A DNA stretch of 24,000 nt. Origin: Marinactinospora thermotolerans DSM 45154. Its GTDB lineage: Bacteria; Actinomycetota; Actinomycetes; Streptosporangiales; Streptosporangiaceae. The DNA is taken from the NCBI RefSeq assembly GCF_900167435.1, contig NZ_FUWS01000009.1:203836-227835 (forward strand), written 5' to 3'. The position numbers and the translations under genes are program-made. The notes under the pieces were generated by a model. That model had not been told where the DNA came from. It made no database searches and saw only the letters and a program-made list of their open reading frames with translations. Every line of letters starts with the position of its first letter. Position 1 is the first letter of the stretch. This document shows positions 8,409 to 14,623 of the stretch, one piece after another.

Positions 8409-9476
8409 CTAGTCGCCCTGGCCGGGGAAAGGAATCCGGTGGGCCTGTGGAGAACCGTGCGCGGTGCCACCGTAGGCGGGCGCCGGCTCGATGTGGGAGC
8501 GGCTGATCCGCTTGCGGAACACCCAGTAGCTCCACGCCTGATAGCCCAGTACCAGCGGCAGGAAGAACACCGCGACCCAGGTCATGACGGTCAGCGTGTA
8601 CTCCGCAGAGGAGGCGTTGGCGATGGTCAGGCTGAACGCGGGGTCGGTCGTGGAGGGCAGCACCTCGGGGAACAGCGAGCCGAACAGCAGCACCGTGGCC
8701 GCCACGATGGACACCGCGGTGGCGGTGAAGGACCACCCCTCGCGCCCCCTGACGGCCAGCAGCGAGCCGGCCGCGAGCGCGACCCCGGCGACCACGGCCG
8801 GCACCAGCGTCCACGTCGCGCCGTAGGCCGCCTGGGTCCAGGCCAGGAACAGCACGGTCGCGGGGACGGCGACCAGCGCGATCCGGGGGACGGCCCGGCG
8901 GGCCCGCGTCCGCACCTCACCGTCGGTCTTGAGGCCGAGGAAGACCGCGCCGTGCAGGGTGAACAGCGACAGCGTCGTCAGGCCGCCCAGCAGCGCGTAG
9001 GGGTTGAGCAGGTCCATCACCCCGGCGGTGACGACGTGGTCGGCGTCCATCGCGACACCGCGCACGAAGTTGGCGAACACGACGCCCCACAGCGCGGCCG
9101 GCAGCGCGCTGCCCCAGAAGATCGCCTGGTCCCAGCGGGCCCGCCAGCGATCGGTGTCGCCCTTGCCCCGGTACTCGAAGGCCACGCCGCGCACGATCAG
9201 CGCGAGCACAATGAGCAGGATCGGCAGGTAGAAGCCGCTGAGCGCGGAGGCGTACCAGGCGGGGAAGGCGGCGAACATGGCGCCGATCGCGGTGATCAGC
9301 CAGACCTCGTTGCCGTCCCACACCGGGCCGATCGAGTTGATCATGACCCTGCGGTCGGTGTTGTCCTTGCCGAGGACCGGCAGGAGCATGCCCACACCGA
9401 AGTCGAACCCTTCGAGGACGAAGTATCCCGTCCACAGGACCGCGATGGCGATGAACCAGAGGAGTGCGAGATCCAT
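8409..9476 (-). CDS. cydB: Cytochrome d ubiquinol oxidase subunit II
   Basis: 355 aa. MDLALLWFIAIAVLWTGYFVLEGFDFGVGML.. and ..GPVWDGNEVWL.. are canonical CydB. It starts 10 nt after the cydA stop. Confidence 0.93.
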   Translation of the reverse strand: MDLALLWFIAIAVLWTGYFVLEGFDFGVGMLLPVLGKDNTDRRVMINSIGPVWDGNEVWLITAIGAMFAAFPAWYASALSGFYLPILLIVLALIVRGVAFEYRGKGDTDRWRARWDQAIFWGSALPAALWGVVFANFVRGVAMDADHVVTAGVMDLLNPYALLGGLTTLSLFTLHGAVFLGLKTDGEVRTRARRAVPRIALVAVPATVLFLAWTQAAYGATWTLVPAVVAGVALAAGSLLAVRGREGWSFTATAVSIVAATVLLFGSLFPEVLPSTTDPAFSLTIANASSAEYTLTVMTWVAVFFLPLVLGYQAWSYWVFRKRISRSHIEPAPAYGGTAHGSPQAHRIPFPGQGD

Positions 9477-9486
9477 GGCGTGGCTC

Positions 9487-10938
9487 CTAGTAGACGAACG
9501 CCGGGACGGGAGCGTCCTTGTCGTCGGCCGCGTCCTCGTCGAGCTCGGGGACGACGTGGGACGGGCCGGCCTTGATGTAGCGGAACAGCAGCCGCGCCTC
9601 GACGACCGCGAGGACGCCGTAGATCGCGGTGAAGGCGGTCAGCGAGATGGCGACCGAGGTGAGGCTGACGCCGGGCGAGACGCTGTCGGCGGTCAGCAGC
9701 ACGCCGTGGACGGTCCAGGGCTGGCGGCCCATCTCGGTGAGGACCCAGCCGAAGATGTTGGCGGCCAGGGCCGCGGGCAGCGTCAGCACCGCGGCGTGGT
9801 AGAACCAGCGCGACGCGGGCAGCCGCCTGTCGCGGGTCAGCCACAGGCCCAGCGCCGACAGCGCGACGCCGGCCATGCCCAGGCCCATCATCAGCCGGAA
9901 CGACCAGTACAGGACGAAGATGTTGGGCGTGTAGTCGCCGGGACCGTAGGCGGCCTCGTACTGGGCCTGGAGGTTGTTGATGCCCTCGACGGTGCCGCCG
10001 AACTCGCCGGTGGCGAGGAAGCTGAGCACGTAGGGGATGCTGAGGTCCACGATGTTGGTGCCGGCCTCGGTGTCGCCGACCGCGAACATCGAGAAGTGGG
10101 CGGCGTCCTCGGTGTTCCACAGCGCTTCGGCGCCGGCGAGCTTCATCGGCTCGTACTCGGCGGCGAGCTTGGCCTGCTGGTCGCCGGAGAAGACCGCGAG
10201 GACACCGGCGATGAGGGTGACGGCCATGCCGAGCCGCAGCGTCTTGCGGAACAGCTCGTGGTCGCCCTTGGGCGGGGTCGCACCGGGCTCGCCGGTGTCA
10301 CCGTGCGCGCGGTTGCGCCAGAGCTTGAAGGCGCTGACCGCGACGACGAACAGGCCGGCGGTGATGAACGAGCCCGCGGTCACGTGCAGGTAGGTGGACC
10401 ACGCCTGGGGGTTGGACAGCACCGCCCAGATGTCGGTGAGCTGGGCGCGCCCGGTCTCCTCGTTCACCTCGTAGCCGACGGGGTGCCGCATCCAGGCGTT
10501 GGCGGCCAGGATGAAGTAGGCCGACAGGTTGGTGCCGATGGCGACGATCCAGATGCAGGCGAGGTGGATGCGGCGGGGGAGCTTGTCCCATCCGAAGATC
10601 CACAGACCGATGAACGTCGATTCGAGGAAGAAGGCGAGCAGCGCCTCCATCGCCAGGGGGGCGCCGAACACGTCGCCGACGAACCTGGAGTAGTCGTTCC
10701 AGTTCATGCCGAACTGGAACTCCTGCACGATGCCGGTGACGACCCCGATCGCGAAGTTGATCAGGAACAGCTTGCCGAAGAACTTCGTGGCCCGCAGGTA
10801 TTCGTGCCTGCCGGTGCGGTACCAGGCGGTCTGCAGGCAGGCCACGATGACCGCGAGACCGATCGTCAACGGTACGAACAGGAAGTGGTAGACGGTGGTG
10901 ATCCCGAATTGCCACCGTGCGAGGTCAAGTGCGTCCAT
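9487..10938 (-). CDS. cydA: Cytochrome bd ubiquinol oxidase subunit I
   Basis: 483 aa. MDALDLARWQFGITTVYHFLFVPLTIGLA.. and ..GWVLTEMGRQPW.. are canonical CydA. A GGAGAGG Shine-Dalgarno sequence lies just upstream of ATG 10938. Confidence 0.95.
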   Translation of the reverse strand: MDALDLARWQFGITTVYHFLFVPLTIGLAVIVACLQTAWYRTGRHEYLRATKFFGKLFLINFAIGVVTGIVQEFQFGMNWNDYSRFVGDVFGAPLAMEALLAFFLESTFIGLWIFGWDKLPRRIHLACIWIVAIGTNLSAYFILAANAWMRHPVGYEVNEETGRAQLTDIWAVLSNPQAWSTYLHVTAGSFITAGLFVVAVSAFKLWRNRAHGDTGEPGATPPKGDHELFRKTLRLGMAVTLIAGVLAVFSGDQQAKLAAEYEPMKLAGAEALWNTEDAAHFSMFAVGDTEAGTNIVDLSIPYVLSFLATGEFGGTVEGINNLQAQYEAAYGPGDYTPNIFVLYWSFRLMMGLGMAGVALSALGLWLTRDRRLPASRWFYHAAVLTLPAALAANIFGWVLTEMGRQPWTVHGVLLTADSVSPGVSLTSVAISLTAFTAIYGVLAVVEARLLFRYIKAGPSHVVPELDEDAADDKDAPVPAFVY

Positions 10939-10974
10939 GACCGCCTCTCCGAACGCCGGCGGGGCCGACCGCCG

Positions 10975-11019
10975 GTAGTACTACAAAGTGTAGTTCTACA
11001 CGACGTAGTAAATCAGTCG
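10975..11019 (-). promoter_or_regulatory. Three 15-bp-phased GTAG-NN-CTAC operator-like repeats in the A+T-richer cydA upstream region
   Basis: Plus strand reads GTAGTACTACAAAGT / GTAGTTCTACACGAC / GTAGTAAATCAGTCG, with GTAG at 10975, 10990 and 11005. Unit 1 is a perfect 10-bp palindrome. Unit 2 is GTGTAG-TT-CTACAC. A -10 candidate TACACT (10992-10987, minus strand) lies inside unit 2. Confidence 0.5.
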
Positions 11020-11042
11020 TGTCGTGAGGGTCATGCGTCACA

Positions 11043-11078
11043 GTCCCGCGTGCGCCCCGGCCGAGGCGCACGCGGGAC
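11043..11078 (-). terminator. Perfect 14-bp stem with 8-nt loop, directly downstream of the DUF305 stop codon
   Basis: GTCCCGCGTGCGCC-CCGGCCGA-GGCGCACGCGGGAC, every pair checked. It lies 3 nt from the TGA at 11082-11084 on the minus strand and separates the DUF305 gene from the cydA promoter. Confidence 0.6.
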
Positions 11079-11081
11079 CGG

Positions 11082-11753
11082 TCAGACGTCGACGGGTTCG
11101 GCCCCGCGCTCCACCAACAGGTCGTTCATCAAGTCGATCTCGCTCTGCTGCGCCTCGGCCATGCCGCGCGCGAACCCCGCCACGTAGGACACGTCCGCCT
11201 CCGCCGCCGCGACCTCTGCCATCTCGATGCCGCCGGCGTGGTGGACGATCATGAGGCGCAGGTAGACGATCTCGGCGTCGACCCCCTCGGCCTCCTCCAG
11301 CTCGCGTAGCTGGTCCTCGGTGGCCAGGCCCGGCATCCGCTCGGGGGCCTCCCCTGAGCCCCCTCCGTGGCCGTGTCCGGCCATCCAGGCCATCGGCGGC
11401 TGGGAGCCCCGCGCGTTCAGGCCCCACTGCACCAGCCATCCCTGCATACGCCCGGCCTGTGACTGCTGGGTACGGGCGATGTCGTAGGCCACGGTCTCCA
11501 GCATGGGCTCGTCCGTCTTCTCCAGGATGGTCATTGACATGTCCACCGCCTGGGTGTGGTGGACGGTCATGTCCCGCAGGAAGCCGGCGTCGACCGAGGT
11601 GTCGAGCGGAACCGTGGGACGCCCCGTCAGGTAGCCCGCGACCAGCGCCACGACCACCAGCAACGCCGCGATGGGCCAGGGCACACCACGTCCTTTTCCG
11701 ACCTGCCGAACCGGTACGTCCCTGACGTCGCCCTCGTTACTCACGGGAACCAT
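11082..11753 (-). CDS. DUF305 domain protein, membrane-anchored, His/Met-rich
   Basis: 223 aa. An N-terminal TM helix (PWPIAALLVVVALVAGYL) is followed by two HH-containing repeats (RDMTVHHTQAVDMS; RLMIVHHAGGIEMA) separated by PPMAWMAGHGHGGGSGE. The start may be GTG 11744 rather than ATG 11753. Confidence 0.8.
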   Translation of the reverse strand: MVPVSNEGDVRDVPVRQVGKGRGVPWPIAALLVVVALVAGYLTGRPTVPLDTSVDAGFLRDMTVHHTQAVDMSMTILEKTDEPMLETVAYDIARTQQSQAGRMQGWLVQWGLNARGSQPPMAWMAGHGHGGGSGEAPERMPGLATEDQLRELEEAEGVDAEIVYLRLMIVHHAGGIEMAEVAAAEADVSYVAGFARGMAEAQQSEIDLMNDLLVERGAEPVDV

Positions 11754-11775
11754 CCTGGTAAATGCGGCGTTTTCG

Positions 11776-11809
11776 ATGCGTATGCTGCCTTAAGAGGATA
11801 AGGACGCAT
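11776..11809. promoter_or_regulatory. Interrupted inverted repeat in the 88-bp divergent DUF305/DUF3105 control region
   Basis: ATGCGT-(ATGCTG)-CCTTA-AGAGGA-TAAGG-ACGCAT. TANNNT -10 candidates for both directions fall inside it: TATGCT 11781-11786 on plus and TATCCT 11800-11795 on minus. Confidence 0.35.
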
Positions 11810-11841
11810 GTACGTCTCCGGGTGATGGGTGAGGACCAAAG

Positions 11842-12522
11842 GTGGGCAAGCGCACGGCCGAACAGCGCCGCCAAAGAGCGGCGGAGATGCGTGCTCAGCG
11901 ACTGCGTGAGGAGAAGCGCAGGAAGATCATCAAGACGACCGGCATCACCGCGGCCGCGCTGCTGGTGGTCGGCGGCGTCGCCTTCGCCGGGTACATGGAG
12001 TACCAGCGGCGCAACATCGACGGGGTCCAGACCTTCGAGGGCCTCACCAACAACCACGTGACCGAACCGGTCGACTACGAGCAGAGTCCGCCCGTCGGCG
12101 GCGACCACCACGCGGCCTGGCAGAACTGCGGCGTCTACGCCGACCCGGTGACCTCCATACACGCCGTCCACTCCCTGGAGCACGGCGCCGTCTGGATCAC
12201 CTACGACCCCGAGCTGCCCGACAACCAGGTCGCCGCCCTTGAGGCGCTGTACACGCCCGGCTCCTACGTGCTCGTCAGTCCCTACGAGGGCGAGATGCCG
12301 GCCCCCGTCGTCGCGTCGGCCTGGGGCAGGCAGATCGCCGTCGACTCCCCCGCCGACGAGCGCCTGGGCCAGTTCCTCCGCCTCTACGAGCAGAGCTCCG
12401 ACGTCCCTGAACCCGGTGCCTCCTGCTCCGGGGCCATCCCCTACACCGAGGCCGAGATCGAGCAGGCCGGTGGTCTGGAGGCCGTGATGTCGGGTCAGAC
12501 CGCGACCATGGACCAGGAGTGA
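11842..12522 (+). CDS. DUF3105 domain protein, membrane-anchored
   Basis: 226 aa. GTG start at 11842 with a GAGGA Shine-Dalgarno sequence (11831-11835). It has a Lys/Arg-rich N-terminus, a TM helix (ITAAALLVVGGVAFAGY), then ..PPVGGDHHAAWQNCGVY..HAVHSLEHGAVWITYDP.., which I recognise as the DUF3105 signature. Confidence 0.8.
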   Translation: MGKRTAEQRRQRAAEMRAQRLREEKRRKIIKTTGITAAALLVVGGVAFAGYMEYQRRNIDGVQTFEGLTNNHVTEPVDYEQSPPVGGDHHAAWQNCGVYADPVTSIHAVHSLEHGAVWITYDPELPDNQVAALEALYTPGSYVLVSPYEGEMPAPVVASAWGRQIAVDSPADERLGQFLRLYEQSSDVPEPGASCSGAIPYTEAEIEQAGGLEAVMSGQTATMDQE

Positions 12523-12540
12523 CATCTCTCCGCGACCGAC

Positions 12541-12579
12541 GTGGCCCGTTCCCCGCCGCCACGGCGGGAGACGGGCCAC
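12541..12579. terminator. Long hairpin between the convergent DUF3105 and DUF3515 genes
   Basis: The outer stem is GTGGCCCGT / ACGGGCCAC (9 bp). An inner helix CCCGCC / GGCGGG of 6 bp follows one wobble pair and one mismatch. The loop is 5 nt. Confidence 0.5.
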
Positions 12580-12601
12580 GCCCGTTGTGGACGGCCCCGC
12601 C

Positions 12602-13066
12602 TCACAGCGTCCCCGCGGGCAGGGCGGGGATCTCCTCCACGATGAGGTCGCTGATCGCGGTCAGTCCTTCGGCCGGCGGCGAGTACGACGGCGGGATCGA
12701 CATCTCGACGTAGGCCTCGCGCCCCACCGCCGTGTAGAGGTTGGGGCTGTCGGCGGGCTGGGGCAGCCAGGCGATCTCGTTGATCACCATCAGCTCGGAG
12801 TCGGGCTGCAACCCGGCGGGGCGCTCCACCCCGCAGCGCAGCGCGACCGTGGGCGACCCCCACGCCGCCACGAACCGCGACGCCGGCTCCACCCGGACCT
12901 GCTCCTCCCCGAACAGGGAGTCGGGCAGCCGCTCCATCAGCCCCTGGCACAACTGCGCCGCCCGCTCGTCGGGATCGGGCGGGGGGACCTCGACGACGCC
13001 GCCGGAGCAGCCGGCCACCAGCACCGTCCCGGCCAGGACCGGGCCCAGGGTCAGACGTCGTCGCAT
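12602..13066 (-). CDS. DUF3515 family lipoprotein
   Basis: 154 aa with a signal peptide carrying lipobox LVAGC. ..RFVAAWGSPTVALRCGV.. and ..WLPQP.. resemble the DUF3515 proteins that accompany thiL in actinobacteria (assignment from memory). Confidence 0.75.
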   Translation of the reverse strand: MRRRLTLGPVLAGTVLVAGCSGGVVEVPPPDPDERAAQLCQGLMERLPDSLFGEEQVRVEPASRFVAAWGSPTVALRCGVERPAGLQPDSELMVINEIAWLPQPADSPNLYTAVGREAYVEMSIPPSYSPPAEGLTAISDLIVEEIPALPAGTL

Positions 13067-13083
13067 CGGTCACCGCTCCAAGG

Positions 13084-13317
13084 TCAGATGTTCACGATCG
13101 GGCACGTGAGCGTGCGCGAGATACCGGCCAGCCGCTGGATGCGGGCCACCACGAGACGGCCCAGCGCGTCGACGTCCTCGGCCTGCGCGCGCACCACCAC
13201 ATCGTAGGGGCCGGTCACGTCCTCGGCCCGGGTCACCCCGTCGATCTCCGCGATCTCCCGCGCGACGTCTGCCGCCCGGCCGACCTCGGTCTGGATCAAG
13301 ATGTAGGCCTGCACCAT
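13084..13317 (-). CDS. Lrp/AsnC ligand-binding (RAM) domain-only protein
   Basis: 77 aa: MVQAYILIQTEVGRAADVAREIAEIDGVTRAEDVTGPYDVVVRAQAEDVDALGRLVVARIQRLAGISRTLTCPIVNI. This is a stand-alone RAM domain with no HTH. It lies 17 nt upstream of the DUF3515 gene on the same strand. Confidence 0.75.
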   Translation of the reverse strand: MVQAYILIQTEVGRAADVAREIAEIDGVTRAEDVTGPYDVVVRAQAEDVDALGRLVVARIQRLAGISRTLTCPIVNI

Positions 13318-13372
13318 GGAACACCCCTCTCACATCGGATACGGCCGGGCCGGGCCGCGCCGTCCGGTGGAC

Positions 13373-13388
13373 GCGGGTCTAGACCACT
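13373..13388. promoter_or_regulatory. GntR/HutC-type (DasR dre-like) palindrome GCGGGTCTAGACCACT
   Basis: 14 of 16 positions match the dre consensus ACTGGTCTAGACCACT as I remember it. The core GGTCTAGACC is a perfect palindrome. It lies 31 nt upstream of thiL GTG and 56 nt from the divergent AsnC-like start. Confidence 0.4.
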
Positions 13389-13418
13389 GGGCCGGGAGGT
13401 CACCGTACCCTGTGGTCT

Positions 13419-14378
13419 GTGCTGAACACCATCGGGGCCCTCGGGGAGTTCGGGCTGATCGCCCGGCTCACCGCCGGCTTCCCCCAGACCGACGACGTGA
13501 TCATCGGCCCCGGCGACGACGCCGCCCTCGTACGCGCCGGCGACGGTCGGGTGGTGGCGACCACCGACCTGCTGGTCGAGGGGCGGCACTTCCGGCGCGA
13601 TTGGTCCACGGCCCGTGACGTCGGGCACAAGGCCGCCGCGCAGAATCTGGCCGACGTCGCCGCGATGGGGGCCCGCCCCACGGTGCTCCTCCTGGGCCTG
13701 GCCGCCCCACCCGAGCTGCCCGTGGACTGGGTCGACGGGTTCGCCGCGGGGCTCGCCGCCGAGTGCGCGGCCGCGGGCGCCGCCGTCGCGGGCGGTGACA
13801 CGGTGGGCGCGGCCACGCTGACCATCGCGATCACCGCGCTGGGGGACCTGGGCGGGGTGCCCGCCGTCCGCCGGGACGGGGCCCGTCCCGGTGACGTGGT
13901 GGCCGTCGCCGGGAACCTGGGCATGTCGGCGGTCGGCCTGGACCTGCTCCGGGCCGGCCTGCCGGGTCCCGACCCCTGTCTCGACGAGCACCGCAGACCG
14001 CGGCCGCCCTACCGTGAGGGGCCGCGCGCGGCGGCGCTGGGGGCCAGCGCGATGCTCGACGTCAGCGACGGTCTGCTGCAGGACCTCGGGCACATCGCCG
14101 CGGCCAGCGGCGTCGCCATCGACCTGGACCCCGCCGCGCTGCGCCCGGCCTCGGAGGTGGAGGAGGCCGTGGCCCGCCTCGCCGCCGCGGGCGCGGATCC
14201 CCGCCGCCCCCTCGACTACGTGCTGGCCGGAGGCGAGGACCACGCGCTGGCCGCCACGTTCCCCGCGTCGGTCCGGCTGCCCGGGCGGTGGAGCATCATC
14301 GGACGGGTCGACGCGGGGGAGGGGGTCACCGTCGACGGTTCCCCGGCGGCGCCATCCGGTTGGGACCACTTCTCCTAG
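13419..14378 (+). CDS. thiL: Thiamine-phosphate kinase
   Basis: 319 aa from GTG 13419. ..LGEFGLIARL.., ..IGPGDDAALV.., ..ATTDLLVEGRHF.. and ..DVSDGLLQDLGHIA.. are ThiL / AIR-synthase-like motifs. Confidence 0.9.
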   Translation: MLNTIGALGEFGLIARLTAGFPQTDDVIIGPGDDAALVRAGDGRVVATTDLLVEGRHFRRDWSTARDVGHKAAAQNLADVAAMGARPTVLLLGLAAPPELPVDWVDGFAAGLAAECAAAGAAVAGGDTVGAATLTIAITALGDLGGVPAVRRDGARPGDVVAVAGNLGMSAVGLDLLRAGLPGPDPCLDEHRRPRPPYREGPRAAALGASAMLDVSDGLLQDLGHIAAASGVAIDLDPAALRPASEVEEAVARLAAAGADPRRPLDYVLAGGEDHALAATFPASVRLPGRWSIIGRVDAGEGVTVDGSPAAPSGWDHFS

Positions 14379-14623
14379 CCGGACCGCCCGCTCTCCGCCG
14401 CGCCGTCGGTGACCAGGACGAGAACTGGGGGCCGGCGGGAGAACGCCGGAGATGTCGGTTATGTGGATTGAATCGCGCTAAGCTCTGCCCCGCACCGCCG
14501 GACGAAGACGTTTCCGGTTCCGCGCGACGGGACGTCACCCCCGGAACCGGCGGCACGCGGAACAGGCCCCACATCCCCGGCGGCCCAGAAGGTCATCACA
14601 CGGCGCGGAGGGAAGGCGGAGCC

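Noticed and set aside
10939-11081. Rex operator (TTGTGAA-N4-TTCACAA) or CRP site (TGTGA-N6-TCACA) upstream of cydA
   Set aside because: I searched both strands by eye. The only resemblance is CGTGA-N10-TCACA (11024-11043), which has the wrong spacing. No canonical site is present.
9277-11187. 636-aa plus-strand ORF over cydA and the cydA/DUF305 spacer
   Set aside because: It lies antisense to canonical CydA and runs through a terminator hairpin and the A+T-rich promoter region. Its Arg/Gly/Asp-rich product has no motifs.
13318-13418. Possible TPP riboswitch upstream of thiL
   Set aside because: The spacer is only 101 nt and lacks the CUGAGA and ACCUGA..pyrimidine-sensor blocks. thiL is also not a typical TPP-riboswitch target.
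14452-14481. 9-codon mini-ORF (MSVMWIESR) in the leader of the CBM2-like gene
   Set aside because: The purine tract abuts the ATG with essentially no spacing and nothing else supports translation. I kept it only as a possible part of the structured-leader hypothesis.
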